Virus record (IMG/VR): IMGVR_UViG_3300009151_005798 | Reading direction: 5' to 3' (one strand) | From: an uncultured virus (IMG/VR IMGVR_UViG_3300009151_005798) | Lineage: Duplodnaviria > Heunggongvirae > Uroviricota > Caudoviricetes | DNA: 20,000 nt | Shown: positions 1 through 7,516 of the stretch, piece after piece | Numbering within the stretch: the first letter of the stretch is position 1 | Layout: every line of letters starts with the position of its first letter | Position numbers and translations under genes: made by a program | The notes under the pieces: model-generated | The model's database searches: none | Told to the model about the DNA's origin: nothing | What the model saw: only the letters and a program-made list of their open reading frames with translations

Positions 1-14
1 GTAGGAGCCACCAA

Positions 15-1112
15 ATGGGAAATCAAGTAGAAACCCGCACCGTTAAAATTAGCGAGTGCAAACCTATCCTGCGCCGAGCAGTACAAAAGCGTCGACCAGT
101 CTTTGTCTGGGGCCCTCCGGGCGTAGGCAAAAGTGACATGGTAAACCAGGTTGCCGCAGAATGGCCCAATTCCGCAGTCGTGGACTTGCGTATGGCCCTA
201 ATGGATCCTACAGATATTAAGGGTGTCCCTTATTATAGTGCAGGTGACAATACTATGAAGTGGGCTACCCCTTCAGAATTGCCTACCGAGGAATTTGCAA
301 AAGAATACGACATTGTATTCTTGTTCTTGGACGAGCTTAACTCTGCTCCTCCTGCTGTACAGGCCGCGGCCTATCAGCTTATCCTTAACCGCAAAGTTGG
401 ACAGTATAAACTGCCAGACAATGTTGTACTAATTGCCGCAGGCAACCGAATGGGTGATAAAGGTGTCACCTATCGTATGCCTAGCCCACTGGCCAACCGC
501 TTCATGCACTTGGAAATCCGTGTGGACTTTGAAGACTGGGAACAATGGGCCATCATGCATGAAGTCCATCCGCATGTGGTTGGCTTCTTGAAGCAGTTCA
601 AAGGCGACTTATACAACTTTGATCCTACGCAACACGACCGTGCCTTTGCTACTCCTCGTACATGGAGTTTTGTAAGCGACATGATTGATGACGACATGCC
701 AGACAGCGCCAACACAGACATGGTATCTGGCCTAGTAGGTGAAGGTATGGCAATTAAGTTTATGAGCCATCGTAAACATGCCGCAGACTTGCCAGCGCCA
801 GAAGATGTGCTGTCAGGCAAAGTTACCACTTTCAAGAGCAAAGAGGTAAGTGCCGCTTATGCAATGGTTACCAGCTTGAGCTACGAACTTCGTACACGAT
901 ACGAATCCGGCAAGCGGAGCGGCAAGTTGGACGAGTTCAACAAGAGTGCAGATAACTGGCTAGGTTTTATGATGAGTAACTTTGAACCAGAGATGGTTAT
1001 CATGGGAGCTCATACTGTATTGAAGTCCTACAAGGTAGTGTTTGATCGTAAGAAGATGACCAACTTCCCCGAGTTCTTCAAACGCTATGCCAACTTACTC
1101 ACAGACGAGTAA
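15..1112 (+). CDS. MoxR-like (dynein-related) AAA+ ATPase
   Basis: Walker A GPPGVGKS, Walker B LFLDE, AAGN sensor-1, PLANRF Arg finger and TPR sensor-2; SD GGAG at 4-7; lies upstream of a VWA gene, the usual MoxR arrangement. Confidence 0.9.
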   Translation: MGNQVETRTVKISECKPILRRAVQKRRPVFVWGPPGVGKSDMVNQVAAEWPNSAVVDLRMALMDPTDIKGVPYYSAGDNTMKWATPSELPTEEFAKEYDIVFLFLDELNSAPPAVQAAAYQLILNRKVGQYKLPDNVVLIAAGNRMGDKGVTYRMPSPLANRFMHLEIRVDFEDWEQWAIMHEVHPHVVGFLKQFKGDLYNFDPTQHDRAFATPRTWSFVSDMIDDDMPDSANTDMVSGLVGEGMAIKFMSHRKHAADLPAPEDVLSGKVTTFKSKEVSAAYAMVTSLSYELRTRYESGKRSGKLDEFNKSADNWLGFMMSNFEPEMVIMGAHTVLKSYKVVFDRKKMTNFPEFFKRYANLLTDE

Positions 1113-1124
1113 ACGACAAAGGAA

Positions 1125-1156
1125 CTGGGCCGTACTTGAAATAATGTACGGCTCAG
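1125..1156 (+). other. Stem-loop directly after the ATPase stop (possible processing, terminator or translational-control hairpin)
   Basis: CTGGGCCGTAC (1125-1135) pairs with GTACGGCTCAG (1146-1156), 11 bp with one G-U; loop TTGAAATAAT; no U-tract follows. Confidence 0.55.
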
Positions 1157-1437
1157 AAGCCCGCCAAGTTTGGACGGATCAGCCCCCTACCCCATCTGAT
1201 GTTAGCGAGTGGCTCCGCGAACAAAGGAAGAGTTGGTCCGTCCGACCTTACCCCAAAGGAGCCACAATTAATGAAGTTACCAGATGGGCCAGGGAACAGG
1301 GATTAAAGCGATTAGATTGGGACTTTGTACCAAAGCAATACGTCTGGTTTAGAGAACCACAAGTAGCAATGATTTGGGATATTTCAGGACCACAAAATAA
1401 AGTAGAAAAAACGGTTGACCTGAATCAGGATACATAG
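1144..1437 (+). CDS. Small Trp-rich hypothetical phage protein
   Basis: ORF 1087-1437 fills the gap between the ATPase and VWA genes; ATG 1144 chosen to avoid overlap with the ATPase (start uncertain); C-terminal VWFREPQVAMIW resembles small phage hypotheticals. Confidence 0.6.
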   Translation: MYGSEARQVWTDQPPTPSDVSEWLREQRKSWSVRPYPKGATINEVTRWAREQGLKRLDWDFVPKQYVWFREPQVAMIWDISGPQNKVEKTVDLNQDT

Positions 1438-1443
1438 TATAAT
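1415..1443 (+). promoter_or_regulatory. Sigma70-type (early) promoter for the VWA gene
   Basis: TTGACC (1415-1420), 17-bp spacer, TATAAT (1438-1443), with an A-tract upstream; 33 nt before the ATG at 1477. Confidence 0.85.
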
Positions 1444-1476
1444 ACATACATATACAAACAAGTTGGAGCCACCAAA

Positions 1477-2685
1477 ATGTCAAAGATGATTGCTAGAGAC
1501 AAACTAATTAAGAGCCGTGTTGCTATGCTGTTAAAGTATCCGTTCTGGGGTCCTCTTGCGGCACGTCTTATTCTAGAAGAAGTTGAATGGTGCAATACTA
1601 TTGCAACAGACGGTCGTAAATTTTACTACAACAAGGCATTCGTTGACAAGCTCAGCGATGGTGAAATGATTTTTGGCTTTGGCCACGAACTTGGACATAT
1701 CATCTTTGAGCACATGACACGCCGTGGCGACCGTGTGCCACAAATTTGGAACATGGCAGGTGACTATGTTATCAACAACATGCTGATCCGTGAAAGCGTT
1801 GGCACTCCAATTACAGCCGTTTCCATCTTGGCAGATCGCAAGTACGAAGGCAAAACTGCCGACGAAGTCTATGACGACTTGTTTGACAATGCTGTAAAAA
1901 TTCAAGTTACCTTAGACGACCACTTGGACATGGAAGGTGATGGCGATGGCGAAGGCGAAGGTAACGGGCCTGGCAAAGACGGCAAAGGCAGGCCCAAGTT
2001 TAAGAAACTGTCAGAAGAAGAAAAGAAAGCCCTGCGCGATGAATGGCGTGAAGCTGTGATACAGGCCGCCAAGCAAGCAGGCGCAGGCAATACTCCTGCC
2101 GCTATCCAGCGTCTGGTTAAAGATGTTACTGCTCCTGTAATGGATTTGAAGGACTTGTTGCGTATTCAATTTAGTGGCTCTGTTAAAAGCGACTACACAT
2201 GGATGCGTCCAAACCGCAAGGGCTGGCACACCGGTGCAGTATTGCCTGGACAATTACCTGGTGAAGAGCTTGACATTGTAGTGGCATTAGATGCATCTGG
2301 TTCCATTGATGAAGGCATGTTGATGGACTTCCTGGGCATGGTGCAAGGTAGCTTGGATCAGTTTACTTCTTACAAGGTACGGATAGTTACATTTGATACA
2401 GATGTATACCACGAAGATACATTTACCGGTGATGACGGTCGTAGCATGGGTGAATATCAAGTTACCGGTGGCGGCGGAACAGACTTTGCTTGTGTATGGC
2501 AATGGATGAAAGATAACGATGTTAACCCGCATCAACTTGTAATGTTCACAGACGGCTACCCGTTTGGCACTTGGGGCGACCCAGACTACTGCGACACGCT
2601 GTTTGTTGTACACGGAAGCAACGAAATTACAGCACCGTTTGGTATCACTGCCAATTATGTTCCACCAGGAAGAAAACGGAATTAA
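1477..2685 (+). CDS. Putative metallopeptidase + VWA-like domain protein (DUF2201-type), MoxR partner
   Basis: N-terminal TIATDG and HELGH (HEXXH) followed by WNMAGDYVIN; acidic/Gly linker; C-terminal MIDAS DASGS, GGGGTDF and MFTDGY. Confidence 0.88.
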   Translation: MSKMIARDKLIKSRVAMLLKYPFWGPLAARLILEEVEWCNTIATDGRKFYYNKAFVDKLSDGEMIFGFGHELGHIIFEHMTRRGDRVPQIWNMAGDYVINNMLIRESVGTPITAVSILADRKYEGKTADEVYDDLFDNAVKIQVTLDDHLDMEGDGDGEGEGNGPGKDGKGRPKFKKLSEEEKKALRDEWREAVIQAAKQAGAGNTPAAIQRLVKDVTAPVMDLKDLLRIQFSGSVKSDYTWMRPNRKGWHTGAVLPGQLPGEELDIVVALDASGSIDEGMLMDFLGMVQGSLDQFTSYKVRIVTFDTDVYHEDTFTGDDGRSMGEYQVTGGGGTDFACVWQWMKDNDVNPHQLVMFTDGYPFGTWGDPDYCDTLFVVHGSNEITAPFGITANYVPPGRKRN

Positions 2686-2701
2686 TTTTACTACACTTGT
2701 T

Positions 2702-2729
2702 AAAACGCACTACGGTGCGTTTTTTTTTT
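2702..2729 (+). terminator. Rho-independent terminator
   Basis: AAAACGCAC-TACG-GTGCGTTTT perfect stem with a C(UACG)G UNCG tetraloop, followed by a T run to 2729; 16 nt after the VWA stop. Confidence 0.92.
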
Positions 2730-2754
2730 GGTCTAACATCCGGTTCTCCAATGC

Positions 2755-2762
2755 TATAAGTA
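2755..2762 (+). promoter_or_regulatory. Putative T4-like late promoter (TATAAGTA)
   Basis: One mismatch to TATAAATA; intergenic, after the terminator and upstream of the AGGAG SD and ATG 2801. Confidence 0.55.
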
Positions 2763-2800
2763 TCTAAGGACAAATTCCGTTCTAACCTAGGAGATTTTAA

Positions 2801-3082
2801 ATGGAACAAGATACAGTAGTAAATGAAGCACCGGCAACTGAAGCGCCAGCCGCAGTGGTAGGGTTAACATTACAAGATTTAAGAGTGCTTGCTGGTTCAA
2901 TTGAACTTGGCGCACAGCGTGGTGCATATCGCGCACAAGAGATGGAAGTCATTGGTTCAACCTATAACAAATTGGCCAAGTTTCTAGAAGCCAATGCACC
3001 AAAAGAAGAAGAGGCACCAGCTTCAACCGAAGGCGCACCCACTGGCGTAGAAGTTACCGAAACTGCTACTTCAGCTGAATAA
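2801..3082 (+). CDS. Hypothetical phage protein (acidic low-complexity ends, helical core)
   Basis: 93-aa ORF with strong SD AGGAG; core LTLQDL..RGAYRAQEMEVIGSTYNKLAKFL. Confidence 0.8.
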   Translation: MEQDTVVNEAPATEAPAAVVGLTLQDLRVLAGSIELGAQRGAYRAQEMEVIGSTYNKLAKFLEANAPKEEEAPASTEGAPTGVEVTETATSAE

Positions 3083-3097
3083 TTAAGGAGGTTACCA

Positions 3098-3691
3098 ATG
3101 GCACAATTTATCAAACACGTCGGTGTTAATATTAACGGCAAAAAAGTAGTTGTTGTTTTTAGAGAGGTACCAGGCGAGCCTGAATCGGCATTGGTAATCC
3201 TAACTGAATCATTGCCAACAAATCATCATGATGATTTAATAAAAGCAATCGAAAGTAATCCTTGTCAGAGTTCGATGGATCCAAGTGAGTTTCTGTTTCG
3301 ACAATCATTTCATGACGGTACCAATATGTTAAACACCGTACATCAAAAAGGATGGATGGTTAAAGTTCCTACAAAAAGTATTTTAATGGTTCCTTCGCCT
3401 GGCGTTGAAATTAACTTGGTTGAGTTAAACAAACAACTAAAGGGCATTGCAAATACCAGCGCCGCAAGTGGTACTAGATCAGCAGATATTGCAAATACAT
3501 CATCGCCGTCGGCACCTGGTGTACTAGATGATGCGGCACTTGCATCAAAGTTTCGTTCGCAAGCTATGACATTTCAAGCCGAAGCTCGCAAGCTTTTAGA
3601 GGAGGCAGAGAAACTTGACCCAAAAGGACAGGTAGCAGTAGAAGAGGTAAAGCGAGGCCGAGGGCGGCCAGCAAAAGTACAAGTGGTTTAA
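3098..3691 (+). CDS. Hypothetical phage protein with C-terminal AT-hook-like motif
   Basis: 197-aa ORF, SD AAGGAGG; ends KRGRGRPAK. Confidence 0.85.
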   Translation: MAQFIKHVGVNINGKKVVVVFREVPGEPESALVILTESLPTNHHDDLIKAIESNPCQSSMDPSEFLFRQSFHDGTNMLNTVHQKGWMVKVPTKSILMVPSPGVEINLVELNKQLKGIANTSAASGTRSADIANTSSPSAPGVLDDAALASKFRSQAMTFQAEARKLLEEAEKLDPKGQVAVEEVKRGRGRPAKVQVV

Positions 3692-3734
3692 ATACACGCA
3701 TACTTGATCGTATTAAATCTTTTTGGAGTAGATA

Positions 3735-4034
3735 ATGAGTATTCGAAAGAAGGACAGAAGTTTTGAGAACATGCTTAAAGATATTCGTGTTGAAGAAGTT
3801 CCTGTTGAATACATAGATTGGATTAAAGTTTATCTTAATGATGGCACAGAAATTATTTTTAAGAAAGAAGATTTGACCGATATTAAAACTAGCAAAGAAG
3901 TTTTAGCAATAAAACAACTTGAACAATACCTAGATCGTATTGTTGATTTTGAAGTAATGATGAATAGCGAGTTGATTAAATCTAGAGTAACTCGATTTGT
4001 TGGTGCATTACTGGCAACACATTTTGAGAGATAA
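3735..4034 (+). CDS. Hypothetical phage protein
   Basis: 99-aa ORF, SD GGAG; TTTAAATA late-like motif at 3687-3694 upstream. Confidence 0.75.
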   Translation: MSIRKKDRSFENMLKDIRVEEVPVEYIDWIKVYLNDGTEIIFKKEDLTDIKTSKEVLAIKQLEQYLDRIVDFEVMMNSELIKSRVTRFVGALLATHFER

Positions 4035-4036
4035 AC

Positions 4037-4741
4037 ATGGACCTATTATTAGTAAACCCGCCTGATACTGCAATGAATTATATTTTTGCTCTCTTAGAGA
4101 AAGAAATTGATTTAACAGTTGTAGTAACGCACAACCGTTTCAATGCCGAAATGCTGGATCGGAGTTTGATTAAAGTAATTGATCTAGAAACATCTATATG
4201 GGATAGCACAGAAGAGATTACATCTGCTATTTCTTGGAATCGACCCGGGCAGGATTTTTTAGATTCAATTGCTGGACAAATTGCATTGTCCAATTCAAAG
4301 GGATTACTGCAAGAACGACAGCGGCTACAAATAGATCCAAAAATTCAGGTTGGTACATATATGCTTGATCTATTGTCGTACAAAGGTCGGCATGTACTTT
4401 GTAGTGTTATGATTCGACAAGAAGAAATATTCAGATTCCAAGAAGATCAAGATTCGGCAGAGTTTAAAAATAATGTAGAAACGGCTTTTCAAACAGTAGA
4501 TGACGCTGGTATTATCAACGGGCCAAGTAGAGTGTTTATAACAGGCGACTTGGTTGCATTAAAACCATCATTGCCGGATCGTGCATTTTTAGAAAGAAAA
4601 GTTGCCAAGCGATTTCTTGATGTGTGGCCAAATGTTATAAAATTTGAAAAAGACAACCCAAAGAAAGCACATCTTACATTTTATGATTGGGTAGAAAAGT
4701 ACGGTAATGCAAAACGATATAGTTTAAATCTTACTGGTTAA
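4037..4741 (+). CDS. Hypothetical protein, possibly a degenerate ATP-grasp fold
   Basis: 234-aa ORF 2 nt after the previous stop; segments GTYMLDLLSYKGRH and VDDAGIINGPSRVFI resemble the ATP-grasp C-domain but lack the usual Glu residues. Confidence 0.6.
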   Translation: MDLLLVNPPDTAMNYIFALLEKEIDLTVVVTHNRFNAEMLDRSLIKVIDLETSIWDSTEEITSAISWNRPGQDFLDSIAGQIALSNSKGLLQERQRLQIDPKIQVGTYMLDLLSYKGRHVLCSVMIRQEEIFRFQEDQDSAEFKNNVETAFQTVDDAGIINGPSRVFITGDLVALKPSLPDRAFLERKVAKRFLDVWPNVIKFEKDNPKKAHLTFYDWVEKYGNAKRYSLNLTG

Positions 4742-5190
4742 GTTGGTTTATGGGACTTGAATAATAAGTCCCAAATTGGCAAAAACAATCCAAAGTTTGA
4801 ATTAGTGTCATGATGGTGAATTAGATGCCATTTTCCACTGGTTAAAAATGGAGACCAATCAAACTGTTTATTGTGTTCAATTACCTCTTGTAACAATGCG
4901 GCCCAGAGATAATAAAATACACTTAGCCACCAATAGCCAGTTATCCAAGAAAAGATTAGAGTTGGTATCACCTCAGTTATCCACAAATCTAATGTGCTCA
5001 TCCATGTATCATTGAATAAGAACAAATTGTTCCAATGCCATGTTGTTTGTTTGTTTATATTAATATAACGATGGTGATCTGCATGTGCTGTAAATGCAAG
5101 TGGTGCAAATTTCAACCCAATTGAATGTATAGTCCGATGTATTACATACAGATATAAGGTCCAAGTCAAGAAAGAAAAAATGTATTCCAT
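4738..5190 (-). CDS. Fatty acid hydroxylase / sterol desaturase superfamily membrane protein
   Basis: His boxes HRTIH, HADHH, EH and WHLIHH followed by NFGLFLPIWDLLF; hydrophobic segments. Confidence 0.85.
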   Translation of the reverse strand: MEYIFSFLTWTLYLYVIHRTIHSIGLKFAPLAFTAHADHHRYININKQTTWHWNNLFLFNDTWMSTLDLWITEVIPTLIFSWITGYWWLSVFYYLWAALLQEVIEHNKQFDWSPFLTSGKWHLIHHHDTNSNFGLFLPIWDLLFKSHKPT

Positions 5191-5194
5191 GCTT

Positions 5195-5235
5195 TACTTA
5201 TTAGAAAAACTGATAAGGGTATACTCCAATAAATA
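5195..5235. promoter_or_regulatory. Divergent pair of late-promoter-like motifs
   Basis: AATAAGTA on the minus strand (5195-5202), 4 nt before ATG 5190; AATAAATA on the plus strand (5228-5235), 5 nt before ATG 5241; no SD on either side. Confidence 0.5.
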
Positions 5236-5240
5236 TTCGG

Positions 5241-5771
5241 ATGGAATACTACAAAGAGATCAATCTTCCAAATTGGGAGAAAATTCAAAAATTTTGCCTG
5301 GAAAAGTGGACAGGTAAATTTACGCTTAGTCAAACTTTTCAAGGCGAACAATTGCGCTACATTGGAATGCTGTTGAAAAAAGACATCAAAGAAGTACTGG
5401 GCATTGATGTCAAAGTTAAAACAGCAATCATGTTTATAAATGAGCCTAGATTTGTACAAGATATGCATATCGACGGATTTCAAATTGATCGTGCAAATGC
5501 CAGTAATACTGCACTTAACTTGCCAATACTAAATTGTGACACTGGACTAATGAAATGGTACAGTGGAGAGTTTTATCTTACTGAAAGCCCGCATAAATCT
5601 ATCAAATATCTGAAAATTAACTGGACCACTGAGTCAAAGGTCGCTGTTGAAAAAATTATCAATCGGCCAACCATTGTTAAAATAAACATTCCACACCACA
5701 TTGAAAATCAATGTGACCTGCCAAGATTGATGTTGAGTGTTCGCTTCACTGAAGACATCCTCATTGGCTAA
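5241..5771 (+). CDS. Putative 2OG-Fe(II)/cupin-fold oxygenase
   Basis: HID (HxD), ALNLPI, distal PHHIEN and PRLMLSVRF, matching the facial-triad plus Arg pattern of double-stranded beta-helix oxygenases. Confidence 0.65.
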   Translation: MEYYKEINLPNWEKIQKFCLEKWTGKFTLSQTFQGEQLRYIGMLLKKDIKEVLGIDVKVKTAIMFINEPRFVQDMHIDGFQIDRANASNTALNLPILNCDTGLMKWYSGEFYLTESPHKSIKYLKINWTTESKVAVEKIINRPTIVKINIPHHIENQCDLPRLMLSVRFTEDILIG

Positions 5772-5817
5772 TCCTCAGCGGATTATTGGCATACATAAAT
5801 TATATTAGGAGATAGCT

Positions 5818-6438
5818 ATGCGTTGGGTTGCACTTGCATGTACCGCCGAGAATGAAATACTCGCTTGGTCCAATGATTTATCAATTTTAGAAAGTGGATG
5901 CTCGGGAGAATTCCGAGCAATTTGCAGAATCTACGGAGTTGATGATCAGTTTGTTAATCAGTTTGCCAAGGGAAATTTAAATTTTAGATTAAAGTTTGAT
6001 GGCCCTAGAAACACCACCTGCGAACCATTTGAAAGAAACAATGAAGTGATAATGTTGAGTGCTGTACTGCAAGCCAGGGTGGGGCTAACAGCTGAACTTT
6101 ATCAAAGACTGGCACATGGGTTTAAAAGATTTAGTCCAGTGGTTGAATGGCAACAAGATGCATACGAAGAAAAGTATCGTCAAGCTGTAGAAGTTGTCAA
6201 TGGTAAAACTGAAAATATTGGCATGGTCAATGACTATGCTGAAGAATCTGGACTTGCTATCAATATTGCCGCTGGCCTAATTGTAAACAAGTATCAGAAT
6301 AGAAAATTTCTAATACGAAAACTCGAGCGGCTACGCATGCGTCACCAAATTGCAATCCGCCAAGCCTCAAGTAAATTTGATCTAGCACAAGTTAGAGCCA
6401 ATATGGAAGAAGATTCCTTTTTATCAATGATGATGTGA
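5818..6438 (+). CDS. Hypothetical protein; C-terminal half resembles helical tail-fibre-associated phage domains
   Basis: 206-aa ORF, SD AGGAG; Q..Y..K..QA...YAEESG....AA..IV.K....LERLR...IRQA pattern (recognised by eye). Confidence 0.65.
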   Translation: MRWVALACTAENEILAWSNDLSILESGCSGEFRAICRIYGVDDQFVNQFAKGNLNFRLKFDGPRNTTCEPFERNNEVIMLSAVLQARVGLTAELYQRLAHGFKRFSPVVEWQQDAYEEKYRQAVEVVNGKTENIGMVNDYAEESGLAINIAAGLIVNKYQNRKFLIRKLERLRMRHQIAIRQASSKFDLAQVRANMEEDSFLSMMM

Positions 6439-6439
6439 C

Positions 6440-7516
6440 ATGAAAAAATTACTATACTATATTCCACACAGAATTTATCGTGCCAATTCAATGCACGATG
6501 TAAACCCAGTTACAAAAGAATTTATTAAAATGTTCAATCCTTGGATTAGTCTAAGCGATAGAACAAATACTATTACAATACCCGGTGTAGAAATTTTTAA
6601 TAACAGTCCTATTCCAGTTCTACCTGCGGTAGTTCCTTCATTCTCATCTGCCAGCTACAGTAGAATTGACGAATGTATTGCAATTGCAAATAGTCGTGGA
6701 GCAGAGAAGATTGTTGTTTTTTACTCAGGTGGTATCGATTCTACACTAATTGTATCTTTGTTAATCAGTCATCCAGATTGGAGTTCTCTCAAAGAGAAAA
6801 TTTGGTTGGCAATCAATGAAGACAGTCAACTTGAAAATCCAAAATTCTTTGATGAGATTGTACTACCAAACTTTGGTACAAAGTTACTGCCCAGTAACAA
6901 TTACTATGGAATTATCACTGATTCAAAGAATGTTTGCATTACTGGCGAATGTGCAGATAACTTGTTTGGTAGTCTGACGCTAAAAAGTTACATGGATAAC
7001 ACATTAAACTACAATGCAATACACGAACCCTGGGATGGAGAAACGGGCAGTTTAAATTGGTTGCTGGATAAAGTTAATTTATACAGGGATCAACGAGAGC
7101 AAATGCTGTATGACTTGGTCAATGCGGCGCCTGTTGATATTCGTAGTAACCATGATTTTCTGTGGTGGTTAAACTATACAATGAAGTGGCAAGCTGTCAA
7201 GTACCGCATGGCAATGCATGCTCCGACAGCAACTGATGCAGAATACATTGCTGGTAATATTATCAACTTCTTTGATAGTCAATCTTATCAGGAATGGGCA
7301 TTATACACCACTGAACAGAAGGTTGGTACTACATGGAATTCTTATAAGCTTCCGGCCAAGGCTTTGATCAATGATATCTGGGCCAATGCTGAATATCAAA
7401 CATACAAAACCAAGTGGCCAAGCTTGCCAAGTATCACTCGTTATAATAATGCTTGGGGATTTTTGTGGCAGAATGAAGATGGTTCGTTCACTGCCACAAA
7501 GGAATTAGACGACTAA
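6440..7516 (+). CDS. Asparagine-synthetase-like adenylating enzyme (PP-loop / HUP fold) without glutaminase domain
   Basis: PP-loop YSGGIDST and ITGECADNLFGS (cf. AsnB SGEGADELFGG); only 358 aa and no N-terminal Cys Ntn domain; starts 1 nt after the upstream stop. Confidence 0.75.
   Translation: MKKLLYYIPHRIYRANSMHDVNPVTKEFIKMFNPWISLSDRTNTITIPGVEIFNNSPIPVLPAVVPSFSSASYSRIDECIAIANSRGAEKIVVFYSGGIDSTLIVSLLISHPDWSSLKEKIWLAINEDSQLENPKFFDEIVLPNFGTKLLPSNNYYGIITDSKNVCITGECADNLFGSLTLKSYMDNTLNYNAIHEPWDGETGSLNWLLDKVNLYRDQREQMLYDLVNAAPVDIRSNHDFLWWLNYTMKWQAVKYRMAMHAPTATDAEYIAGNIINFFDSQSYQEWALYTTEQKVGTTWNSYKLPAKALINDIWANAEYQTYKTKWPSLPSITRYNNAWGFLWQNEDGSFTATKELDD

Noticed and set aside
1196..1230. Hammerhead ribozyme (CTGATG...GAA)
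   Set aside because: The core reads CTGATGT rather than CUGANGA, and no GAAA with stem III and a cleavage triplet can be built
1258..1306. Mini-ORF from GGAG...ATG 1271 (MKLPDGPGNRD)
   Set aside because: Only 11 codons, out of frame inside the small gene, with no supporting evidence
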